Shown piece by piece: positions 43,005-50,793 of a stretch of DNA of 50,793 nt. The stretch covers positions 1-50,793 of IMG/VR virus record IMGVR_UViG_3300036444_000012; one strand, 5' to 3'. Every line of letters starts with the position of its first letter. Position 1 is the first letter of the stretch. The notes under the pieces are model-generated. The model saw nothing but the letters and a program-made list of their open reading frames with translations. It was not told the DNA's origin and did no database searches. A program made the position numbers and the translations under genes. The DNA comes from a virus. Its lineage: Duplodnaviria; Caudoviricetes.

Positions 43005-43474
43005 TGGCTTCGCTCAATAAGGTGCAACTCATGGGCCGCCTCGGTGCGGACCCGGAAATCAGAAGGCTGAACAGCGGTGACGTTTGCGTCAACCTTCGCA
43101 TAGCCACTTCCGAGACCTGGCGCGACAAGAACAGCGGCGAACGCAAGGAGCGGGTCGAGTGGCACCAGGTGGTAATTTTCAATCAGCCACTCGCCAAGAT
43201 CGCCGAGCAATACCTCAAGAAGGGTCATCTGGTCTTTGTCGAGGGCATGCTGTGTACCCGTAAGTGGCAGGACCAGAACGGCCAGGATCGCTACAGCGTC
43301 GAAGTCGTCCTCAAGGCGTTTAACGGCGAGCTAATCCTGATGCCGAATGGCGAGCGCAGAGGCCCCTCCGGCCCTGATGATTACGGCCAACAATCCAACC
43401 GATCCGATCAGCGCCAGTCCCAGTCTCAGCAGTCGCCGGGTATGCGCGAACTCGATGACGAAATCCCCTTCTAA
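43004..43474 (+). CDS. ssb: Single-stranded DNA-binding protein
   Basis: SLNKVQLMGRLGADPE...ATSE.W.DK..GE...EWH; C-terminal DDEIPF. Confidence 0.97.
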   Translation: MASLNKVQLMGRLGADPEIRRLNSGDVCVNLRIATSETWRDKNSGERKERVEWHQVVIFNQPLAKIAEQYLKKGHLVFVEGMLCTRKWQDQNGQDRYSVEVVLKAFNGELILMPNGERRGPSGPDDYGQQSNRSDQRQSQSQQSPGMRELDDEIPF

Positions 43475-43489
43475 CCCTCAGAGGATCCT

Positions 43490-43828
43490 ATGAAACGCAT
43501 TCGCGATGCACAGACGATTATCGGCATGCTGGAAGGCGGCGAAGTCGCCGCCGCACTCGGCACCGAAATCACCGAAACGCTGGCCAAACTGAAGGAGCTT
43601 GCCGGCGATCGCCCCAAGTCCAAGGTCAAGGGCAGCGTCTCGCTGAAGATCAACCTCGAGGTTGAGGCCGGCACAGCCACCATCACCTGCGACATAGATT
43701 CGAAGCGTCCGAAGCCGGTGCGCGGTTCGTCCTTCTACTGGGTAATGGACGATGGCTCGCTCTCCACCGAACACCCTCAGCAAACCGACATGTTCGCCGG
43801 ACCGCGCGAAGCACGCGGCCAGGCCTGA
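43490..43828 (+). CDS. YfdP-like partner of DUF2303 protein
   Basis: KGSVSLKI; DDGSLSTEHPQQTDMF; precedes DUF2303. Confidence 0.75.
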   Translation: MKRIRDAQTIIGMLEGGEVAAALGTEITETLAKLKELAGDRPKSKVKGSVSLKINLEVEAGTATITCDIDSKRPKPVRGSSFYWVMDDGSLSTEHPQQTDMFAGPREARGQA

Positions 43829-43856
43829 TCTCTCCAACCTCGAAAGGATACCCCAG

Positions 43857-44834
43857 ATGCCCAAGGAAGCAGAATTGAATTCCACGGCAGGCGAAGCGCT
43901 GCTGTCTAACCTTTCCTCTCCGTTTGACATCGACCTTCAGGTCGCCGCCGACCTTGGCGCTAAAGCCAAGGGTATCGAGATCGTCCTGCTTACGGCACCG
44001 GATGGAATGAAGGGCGTTCCGGCAAATATACCGGTCGCGCTGCGCCGCGGTGAGGCCCCGAGCGTCGAGAGCATCGCACACCTGTTCTCGTCTTATCGGA
44101 CGCATCCGGAGCGAAAGTCCGGCCAGGCGCATGCCCTAACCTTCGAAACCTTCTGCGAACTGACCGGCCGGCACAAGACCGAGCACAGTGCGATCTTCGC
44201 CAACACCGACTGGAAGAAGCCCGCGTTCACCGCCGTGATCGACTACCACGAGAAAGCTACGGCCGGCCGCGCCGACAACGGCAAGCACCGCGTGCACTAC
44301 GCCTTCCCGCTGTCGGAGGAATGGCAAGCGTGGGTCAACCAGGACGGCAAGCCCATGAAGCAGGAGGAGTTTGCCTGGTTCCTCGAAGATCGCGTCGCCG
44401 AACTGTCCAGCCCGACCGATCATGAGAAGGTCACATATAGCGACCAGTTCGCCACGACCGTGGCAACGCCGGCACAGGTCGTGGAACTTTCGCGCGGGCT
44501 GAGGGTGCACATCGATACCAAGGTCAAGGCGTCGACGACGCTGCAATCCGGCGAAGGCCAGATCGCCTGGGAAGAAACCCACAACGGCGATGATGGCAAG
44601 CCGATCAAGGTCCCCGGCCTGTTCCTTCTCTACATCGCCCCGTTCTTCATGGGCGAGAAGGTGCGCATTCCGGTGCGCCTACGCTACCGGGTGAAGGATG
44701 GCCAAACGGTCTGGTTCTACCAGATTTATCGCCCCGACATCGCCATCACCGAGCATCTGCGTGCGCATATGCTCACGGCCAAGAACATCCTCGAATTGCC
44801 GGTGTTCGAAGGCTCACCGGAGATGAGCGCGTGA
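43857..44834 (+). CDS. DUF2303/YfdQ-family protein
   Basis: FTAVIDYH; SEEWQAW; QEEFA.FLED; RLRYR. Confidence 0.85.
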   Translation: MPKEAELNSTAGEALLSNLSSPFDIDLQVAADLGAKAKGIEIVLLTAPDGMKGVPANIPVALRRGEAPSVESIAHLFSSYRTHPERKSGQAHALTFETFCELTGRHKTEHSAIFANTDWKKPAFTAVIDYHEKATAGRADNGKHRVHYAFPLSEEWQAWVNQDGKPMKQEEFAWFLEDRVAELSSPTDHEKVTYSDQFATTVATPAQVVELSRGLRVHIDTKVKASTTLQSGEGQIAWEETHNGDDGKPIKVPGLFLLYIAPFFMGEKVRIPVRLRYRVKDGQTVWFYQIYRPDIAITEHLRAHMLTAKNILELPVFEGSPEMSA

Positions 44835-45967
44835 GCGGCCCCTCCGTTTTCACTGTCGCGCGGGAGGCTTTGCTTCCCGCGCTACAGGCGGCACGCGCCG
44901 CCGTCGAGAGGCGCACCACTATTCCCGTGCTGGCGAACCTGCTCGTCGAGGCCAGAGACGGCCGTCTGTCGCTCACTGGCACCAATCTCGACCTCGAGGT
45001 CACCGCCTCCTGTCCAGCTGAAGGCAAGCTACCAGCTATGACAGTGCCGGCCGGGCTGTTCGTCGACGCGGTGCGCAAATTGCCGGAAGGCGTTTCGGTG
45101 CGCGTCGAGGCGGATGCCCAGTTCGCAACGATCTCGGCCGCGCGTTCGAAATTCCGGCTGCCCATCCTACCGGCTGCCGACTTCCATCTCATGGCGACAG
45201 GCGACCTGCCCAATCAATTTGAGATGGATGGCGCTGATATCGACCGGATCCTCGGCGCTGTCACTTTCGCAATTTCGTCGGAAGAGACCCGCTATTACCT
45301 GAATGGAATTCATTTTCACCAGAGCGAGCGCGACGGCGAGAAGAAGTTGGTTGCGGTGGCGACGGACGGACATCGTCTCTCTGTCGTCGACCTGCCGCTG
45401 CCGGAAGGAGCCGACGGCATGCCGGGCATCATCCTTCCCCGCGCCACCTGCGGCTTGCTGAAAGGGTTCGGCGGCAAAGGCAAGGTCAGCATCGGCCTCT
45501 CCGCCACCAAGATCAGGTTCGAGGCCGACGCCGCGGACGGCTTCGGCACGACGATCGTCTCCAAACTGATAGACGGCACCTTTCCGGACTATCGCCGTGT
45601 CGTGCCGCCGCGATATGCGAACACCTTCAGCCTCGATTGCGAGCAGTTCTCCACCGCGGTTGACCGCGTTGTCACCATTTCGGCCGGAGCCAAGGGCAGC
45701 GCGGTCAAATTCACCTTTGACACCGACACCCTAGTCCTGCTGGCCAACAACCCGGATGTCGGCACTGCCGAGGACTCTGTTTCTGTCAGCGACGCCACAG
45801 GCGACAAGGTCGAGATCGGCTTCAACGGCCGCTACTGCCTCGACATGCTCCAGGCCTGCCCATCCGAGCGCGTGAAGGTCTACCTGGGCGATCCCGGCTC
45901 GCCCGCACGCATCGAACCCGAAGGCCAAGACGACCAGGTCTTCGTCATCATGCCGATGAGGGTCTGA
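44831..45967 (+). CDS. dnaN: DNA polymerase III beta sliding clamp
   Basis: VERRTTIPVLAN; FAISSEETRYYLNG; VATDGHRL; SKLIDGTFPDY.RV; IGFN..Y; VIMPMRV. Confidence 0.96.
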   Translation: MSGPSVFTVAREALLPALQAARAAVERRTTIPVLANLLVEARDGRLSLTGTNLDLEVTASCPAEGKLPAMTVPAGLFVDAVRKLPEGVSVRVEADAQFATISAARSKFRLPILPAADFHLMATGDLPNQFEMDGADIDRILGAVTFAISSEETRYYLNGIHFHQSERDGEKKLVAVATDGHRLSVVDLPLPEGADGMPGIILPRATCGLLKGFGGKGKVSIGLSATKIRFEADAADGFGTTIVSKLIDGTFPDYRRVVPPRYANTFSLDCEQFSTAVDRVVTISAGAKGSAVKFTFDTDTLVLLANNPDVGTAEDSVSVSDATGDKVEIGFNGRYCLDMLQACPSERVKVYLGDPGSPARIEPEGQDDQVFVIMPMRV

Positions 45968-45969
45968 AC

Positions 45970-46836
45970 ATGGCCAAGGATGTGATCCAAGTCGACATCG
46001 GCGCGGCCTTGCAGGCCATACAGACGTCGCCAGAGTTAGCCGGGATGATCAACGAATTGATCGCGCCGACCGTTGCCAAGCAGATGGAAGCCGACGCGCA
46101 AGAGATCGACCGGCTGCGCATTCGTGTCAACGACCTGCTGGTAGCAAACAACCGCTATCAGCAGGAAGGCCGCGATGCTCGTGCCCAACTGAAGAGGCGC
46201 TTCGACCTTGCCGCCCACCTTGCTCACCAACGGGCATGGTCGGCAAAAACATTCGGCCCCGGCCCCCGGACCAGGGGCGTGCTTGATCACATCCGCAAGG
46301 AACTCGCCGAGATCGAAGCCGACCCCGCCGACGTTAAGGAATGGGTTGATGTGATCATCCTTGCTTTCGATGGCGCCTGGCGCGCTGGATGGGAGCCGGA
46401 TGCCATCGTTGCTGCGATCGTTGACAAGCAAGCCCGCAATGAAAAGCGGCAATGGCCCGATTGGCGCACAGCCGATCCCGACAAGGCGATCGAGCATGTG
46501 CGTCATGGCCGCGACCAAGAGGCGGGAAGCGCCGCACAAGCGATGCCGGAAGGCACTCCCTGCGGATGCGCGAGCAGCCAAGACCAGGTCGCGGTCTCTA
46601 TTTCCGAACTCCTCGATCGCGGCATGGACGAACGCCTGCGACAGGTGATTGAGTTAGCTGTGGGCGATTGCCTGCCGGAAGGGTCCAAGGATCGGATCAC
46701 TCGCGAGGAAGCCTGGGCAATCGGTTATGGCGAGCCCTGTCCCTGCGGTGAACGTGGAATGGCACCGTGGGAAACCAGCGACGGTGATATGTGCACCGAG
46801 TGCCGGGAAGCTCAAGAGGAGGCCGGCCATGGCTGA
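45970..46836 (+). CDS. Protein with DUF550 (dATP/dGTP pyrophosphohydrolase) domain
   Basis: WSAKTFGP...LDHIRKE..E...EWVD.IIL..DG..R.G; N..R.WPDWR...AIEH. Confidence 0.85.
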   Translation: MAKDVIQVDIGAALQAIQTSPELAGMINELIAPTVAKQMEADAQEIDRLRIRVNDLLVANNRYQQEGRDARAQLKRRFDLAAHLAHQRAWSAKTFGPGPRTRGVLDHIRKELAEIEADPADVKEWVDVIILAFDGAWRAGWEPDAIVAAIVDKQARNEKRQWPDWRTADPDKAIEHVRHGRDQEAGSAAQAMPEGTPCGCASSQDQVAVSISELLDRGMDERLRQVIELAVGDCLPEGSKDRITREEAWAIGYGEPCPCGERGMAPWETSDGDMCTECREAQEEAGHG

Positions 46837-47938
46837 CGGCACCCACATTGAATGGACCGACGCGACGTGGAACCCGATCACAGGGTGCGACATCGTCTCG
46901 GCGGGCTGCAAAATCTGCTACGCCATGAAACTGGCCGGCACGCGGCTGCGGCATCATCCCAGCCGTGCCGGCCTGACCAAGGACACCAAGGCCGGACCTG
47001 TCTGGACAGGCGAAGTTCGCTTCAATGACGAGTGGGTGGACCAGCCGCTACGCTGGAAGAAACCGCGGCGCATCTTCGTCTGCGCGCACGGCGACCTGTT
47101 CGCCGAGAATGTGCCGGACGAATGGATCGATCGCGTTTTCGCCGTCATGGCACTGGCACCACAGCACACCTTCCAGGTTTTGACGAAGCGCGCTGCCCGC
47201 ATGCGGATGTATCTGACCGAGCGCGACGCAAGACAGCGCTGGCGCAAAGATGCAGTCGAAGTAGCAGGCATGAACATGGTGATGGATGGCACGGTCGCCC
47301 AAGCACGCGTCACCACTTGGCCGCTACCAAACGTCTGGCTTGGCGTCTCGGCCGAGGACCAAAAGCGCGCCGACGAACGGGTTCCCGATCTGCTCTACAC
47401 CCCGGCGGCAATTCGCTTCGTCTCAGCCGAACCCCTATTGGGCCCGATCGACTTCAGGCGAATTTCGGTTAACCATCCGACCTATTGTGGCGTTCTAGCC
47501 CACCTCGATGCACTGACCGGCCAAATGTTCGATCTTGGCGGCACACCGATCGATGGCCTAGCCGGACGCACAAGGCTCCATCAAATCATAGTCGGTGGCG
47601 AGAGCGGTGCGAATGCGCGGCCGATGCATCCTGCTTGGCCGAGCGCGATCCACAATCATTGCTCGGCTGCCGGTACCGCCTTCTTCTTCAAGCAATGGGG
47701 GCTGTGGGGACCGTCTGAACCTCGAGCGGGATCGCACGAGCAGTTCGCCCTGGCGATCGACGGTACCCTCTATCGTTCGGTTGACCTGGCCTATCCGGAC
47801 GGCGCTCGCCGTGCCGCCGCTATCCGTGCGGGTCACGACCAGGCCCAGTTCCATGCCATGTATCGCGTCGGCAAGAGATTGTCGGGCCGGATCCTCGATG
47901 GAGTTGAATACAGCGAACAGCCACAGGTGAGGTCATGA
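46829..47938 (+). CDS. Phage Gp37/Gp68 (DUF5131) family protein
   Basis: IEWTDATWNP.TGC..VS.GC..CYA; FQVLTKR; SAEPLLG; GGESG; FFFKQWG. Confidence 0.92.
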   Translation: MADGTHIEWTDATWNPITGCDIVSAGCKICYAMKLAGTRLRHHPSRAGLTKDTKAGPVWTGEVRFNDEWVDQPLRWKKPRRIFVCAHGDLFAENVPDEWIDRVFAVMALAPQHTFQVLTKRAARMRMYLTERDARQRWRKDAVEVAGMNMVMDGTVAQARVTTWPLPNVWLGVSAEDQKRADERVPDLLYTPAAIRFVSAEPLLGPIDFRRISVNHPTYCGVLAHLDALTGQMFDLGGTPIDGLAGRTRLHQIIVGGESGANARPMHPAWPSAIHNHCSAAGTAFFFKQWGLWGPSEPRAGSHEQFALAIDGTLYRSVDLAYPDGARRAAAIRAGHDQAQFHAMYRVGKRLSGRILDGVEYSEQPQVRS

Positions 47939-48135
47939 AATACGACGCACCCGGACTGATCTGTTCAGCTGCTGACGCAATTCGGCGCAAGGATCCTGGC
48001 AGCGCATATGCCCTCTATGAGTTGGCCAGCAATCTCCAAAAACTCATGCGCGGCAAAGCCAGTCTTGAAGAATGGAAGCGCTGTTACGCTGACCTAGGAC
48101 CGGATGTCGACGCCGACGAAAGGATGCCAGGATGA
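47935..48135 (+). CDS. Small hypothetical protein
   Basis: ATGA coupling on both sides; GAGG RBS. Confidence 0.7.
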   Translation: MKYDAPGLICSAADAIRRKDPGSAYALYELASNLQKLMRGKASLEEWKRCYADLGPDVDADERMPG

Positions 48136-48599
48136 TCGAACTTCCCAAACTGGCCATTTCCATTCGCCAGCCGTGGACGCATGCCATCGCTCAGGGATGG
48201 AAGCCCGTTGAAAACCGCGTCTGGTACACGAATGTACGCGGCCCAATCTGCCTCCATGCCAGCCGCTTCCACAAGGCGAGTTGGGAAGATGACGTCGCCG
48301 GCTACCGCGACCTGATCGAAGAATGCGAAATCGCAGGCGCTCAGCTGCCTGATCGGGAAGAACTAGCCTTCGGCTGCATCATAGGCACGGCAGAAATCGT
48401 CGCCTGCGTGTCGGAACACCCCTCGCCCTGGTTCGTCGGACCATATGCCATGGTCCTCGCCAACGCCCGGCCGCTCGCCGAGCCGATACCTATCATCGGC
48501 AAGCTCGGTTTTTTCGAATGGCGCGGCCGCGAGCCCAAGATGAAGGAAGATCCTGTCGCGGCCGTGCCCGCCCCACCAGCCCAAGGGAGCCTCTTTTGA
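48132..48599 (+). CDS. ASCH-domain protein
   Basis: AISIRQPW..AI..G.K.VENR.W....RG...LHA. Confidence 0.92.
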   Translation: MIELPKLAISIRQPWTHAIAQGWKPVENRVWYTNVRGPICLHASRFHKASWEDDVAGYRDLIEECEIAGAQLPDREELAFGCIIGTAEIVACVSEHPSPWFVGPYAMVLANARPLAEPIPIIGKLGFFEWRGREPKMKEDPVAAVPAPPAQGSLF

Positions 48600-48814
48600 G
48601 CGCATTCGGCCATATCTTCCGCTGGGATCGTCACGGCCGCAAAGGACAGGCCTGCAGCCTGCTCGCCCGAAGCCGGCGCTCACAGCCGTACTGTGGCCCG
48701 GAACTGGCCTTCGGCTCGGCCGAGGCGAAGAACTTCAATTCGATCCTGGTCGAATTCGCAGACGGCTATCGCCTCGTCACCAGCGGCAACAGCATTCGGA
48801 GAGCGCGGCCGTGA
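48596..48814 (+). CDS. Small hypothetical protein
   Basis: TTGA start overlap; RKGQ.C; NSILVEFADG...VTS.N.IR. Confidence 0.7.
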   Translation: MSAFGHIFRWDRHGRKGQACSLLARSRRSQPYCGPELAFGSAEAKNFNSILVEFADGYRLVTSGNSIRRARP

Positions 48815-49077
48815 AGCACGACACTTCTCTTGTGGCGATGACCGTACCGCGGATCACCCTGTCTCTCGCAAAAGTGGCAATCGCCCTCGATCTCAGCCCG
48901 AACATGGTTCTTCAGCTTGTCAGAGAGCATCGTCTGCCTAAGCCGAAGACGTGCGGCCGCCGAAAGTTGTGGCGCGTCTCCGAAATTGAGGCTTATGTTG
49001 CCGGCTGGGACGAAGAAGACGCGGAAGACAGCGGAGAGGACGTCGGCGGCACCGATAGCAGGTGGGAAGCCGACTGA
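48811..49077 (+). CDS. xis: Excisionase/AlpA-like HTH protein
   Basis: VAIALDLS.....LV....LPKP...G.RKLWR.SEI; TGATG overlap with int. Confidence 0.8.
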   Translation: MKHDTSLVAMTVPRITLSLAKVAIALDLSPNMVLQLVREHRLPKPKTCGRRKLWRVSEIEAYVAGWDEEDAEDSGEDVGGTDSRWEAD

Positions 49078-50288
49078 TGCAGGAAGTGGCGACGATCGAT
49101 CTCCCCTACATCGAGAAGAACAAGTCGCGCCACGGCCGATACCGATACTATTTCCGCTATGAGGGTGTTCGCGTCTGCCGCCTGCCCGACGATCCCGACA
49201 GCGAAGAGTTCTCAAAGGCCTACTGGATCGAGCGGAAGAAGATTGACGGCGGCGAAATGCCGAAGCCGGCGCCAAAGCCTGTCCTGCCTGGTCACCCACA
49301 GCCGAACACGTTCCGCTGGCTATGCATGCACTACAAACTGAGTGCTGCATTTACGACGCTCGATGCGACGACGCAGTCGAAGCGCAGCCAGATCATCGAA
49401 TCCATGATGCTCGAGCCGGTGAAGCTGGGCGGCAGCGATCTGTTCGCCGACATGCCGATTCGCTCGCTCCATGTCGGAAACATCGAAAAACTGCGCGACC
49501 GCAAGAAGGATACCCCTTTCGCTGCCGATGAACGGCTGAAGATACTCCGCCAGGTGTTCGAAACCAAACGAAACAACCGGCAGGGCCTTCCGCAAAAGAT
49601 CGTCAGGGTCAATCTGGCGCTGCTGGTCAAACCCTTCCGCAAGAAAACCGAAGGCCACCATACCATCAGCGGTGAAGAGATCCGGCAATTCGTCACGCAT
49701 CACGGCATCGATTCGAAGGCGGTCCTCGGTCTCGCCCTCCTGATGTACATCGGCTTTCGTATCTCCGACCTTCAGGCGATCGGTCCTCGCCACCGCCGCG
49801 GCGACCGATTCGTTTTCCGTGTCTTCAAAGGCAGGAACAAGCATCCGAAGACGCTTGACATCCTGATCCATCCGATTCTCGACAGGATCCTCGGGCGCCA
49901 CAAATTCAGCGGCCTGTTCTATCTCATGACCGAATACGGCAAGCCCTATTCGATCAAGGGCCTGTCGAAGCGCGTTTCGGAATGGTTCAACCAGGCAGGC
50001 CTGACCCACTGCACCGCTCACTCGGTGCGCAAGGGCCTTGCCACGAACATCGCCGAGAACGAGGCGACAGACCTCATGCTGAACAACATGTTCGGCTGGA
50101 ACAACGACAAGACGTCCCGAATCTACACCGCTCAGGCTCAACAAGCGAAGCTCGCCAGGCAGGCAGTTTCGCGCATCGACTGGGGGGAAATCGGGAACCT
50201 ATTGCCACACCTTGAGGAAGACGGTTCGGTTCCGACTGCCACACCTGACCAAATTGTGTTGAAAAAACAATCTGGTGGAACGCCTTAA
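49077..50288 (+). CDS. int: Tyrosine integrase
   Basis: GFRISD (R), HSVRK (HxxR), FGW, IYT (Y). Confidence 0.95.
   Translation: MQEVATIDLPYIEKNKSRHGRYRYYFRYEGVRVCRLPDDPDSEEFSKAYWIERKKIDGGEMPKPAPKPVLPGHPQPNTFRWLCMHYKLSAAFTTLDATTQSKRSQIIESMMLEPVKLGGSDLFADMPIRSLHVGNIEKLRDRKKDTPFAADERLKILRQVFETKRNNRQGLPQKIVRVNLALLVKPFRKKTEGHHTISGEEIRQFVTHHGIDSKAVLGLALLMYIGFRISDLQAIGPRHRRGDRFVFRVFKGRNKHPKTLDILIHPILDRILGRHKFSGLFYLMTEYGKPYSIKGLSKRVSEWFNQAGLTHCTAHSVRKGLATNIAENEATDLMLNNMFGWNNDKTSRIYTAQAQQAKLARQAVSRIDWGEIGNLLPHLEEDGSVPTATPDQIVLKKQSGGTP
50203..50246 (+). repeat. 10-bp direct repeat TGCCACACCT, putative integrase arm sites
   Basis: Exact copies at 50203-50212 and 50237-50246, about 50-95 bp from the tRNA end. 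Confidence 0.6.
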
Positions 50289-50297
50289 GAAGGGAAT

Positions 50298-50371
50298 TGG
50301 AGGCCTCGCCCGGAATCGAACCGGGGTGCAAGGATTTGCAGTCCTCTGCGTAACCACTCCGCCACGAGGCC
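50298..50371 (-). tRNA. tRNA-Cys (GCA), prophage attachment site
   Basis: GGCCTCG/CGAGGCC acceptor stem, CT-GCA-AA anticodon loop, GGTTCGATTCC, encoded CCA, 74 nt. Confidence 0.98.
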
Positions 50372-50514
50372 TCATTGCTCCCGGCGTTCCACGGCGCTTC
50401 AATAGGTTGGGCCGTTTGGGCAGTCAAGGACACAAGCCTTATTCCGCAGACAATTCCCTAACCTATTGTGAATGACGCCCGAGACTGGGACACAATTGGT
50501 GTGCAGGGGATCGC

Positions 50515-50793
50515 CTACGAACGACGGCGCCGCTCCCACCAAACCACGAAACGACGGCGATGACGTCGAATCATCGCGAACTCGTAGGAAAGCACCAGGA
50601 AGCCGACTGGCAGCATCCACAGGCCGAGAACAGGCAGGAACCACAGGACGCCGCCAAACAGGAACGCCACGCCAATGGCGATACGCAATGCGCGCGAACG
50701 CGGCAATGCGAACTCCCGCCCGAACGCGGAGATCTTGTGCTTTCGTTTGCGAGGCTCGCTTTCTGCGCTCATGCCTTGCACCGTTCCGTCCAT
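50515..50793 (-). CDS. Host small membrane protein
   Basis: RIAIG....GG...FLPVLG.WMLP.G; outside the att site; start is at the window edge. Confidence 0.75.
   Translation of the reverse strand: MDGTVQGMSAESEPRKRKHKISAFGREFALPRSRALRIAIGVAFLFGGVLWFLPVLGLWMLPVGFLVLSYEFAMIRRHRRRFVVWWERRRRS

Larger units (their letters stand above)
1..50297. mobile_element. Temperate prophage (lambda-like head, P2-like contractile tail) integrated at tRNA-Cys; left end beyond window
   Basis: Continuous lysis, tail, head, packaging, replication, immunity and xis/int modules; int stop lies 9 bp from the tRNA 3' end; host-type gene follows the tRNA. Confidence 0.97.

Noticed and set aside
41838-46836. 2-aminoadenine (Z-genome) pathway from HD plus DUF550
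   Set aside because: No PurZ or phage DNA polymerase in the window; the HD protein looks YfdR-like
1-50297. Gene transfer agent; CtrA-box regulation
   Set aside because: Integrase, repressor and replication genes indicate a true prophage; no TTAA-N7-TTAA site noticed by eye (not an exhaustive scan)

Overview
Positions ~1-50297 are a largely intact temperate prophage of a GC-rich alphaproteobacterium (Rhizobiales-like, inferred from GcrA and an alpha-type LexA box). It is integrated at the 3' end of tRNA-Cys(GCA) (50298-50371, minus strand); the other attachment site lies outside the window, left of position 1. The minus strand carries, from right to left: cro, cII-like, GcrA, SNF2-helicase/N-methyltransferase, C5-methyltransferase, split P4-type primase/helicase, an iteron origin, a Q-position regulator with late promoter and terminator, a lambda-type head, a P2-type contractile tail with PAAR spike, a lysis cassette and a D12-class adenine methyltransferase. 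The plus strand carries cI and the early-left operon (HD hydrolase, SSB, YfdP/YfdQ-like, a phage-encoded beta clamp, DUF550, Gp37/Gp68, ASCH, xis, int). Most interesting observations: (1) a 2-nt frame slip that removes motif X from the C5-methyltransferase and fuses it to a Mom/GNAT-like domain; (2) a phage dnaN plus several phage proteins with terminal clamp-binding-like motifs; (3) GcrA together with three methyltransferases; (4) a multi-hairpin candidate RNA antisense to the dam leader; (5) a LexA-box-controlled gene converging on cI; (6) two antisense 'moron' genes. All family assignments come from motif recognition by eye; no database searches were run.
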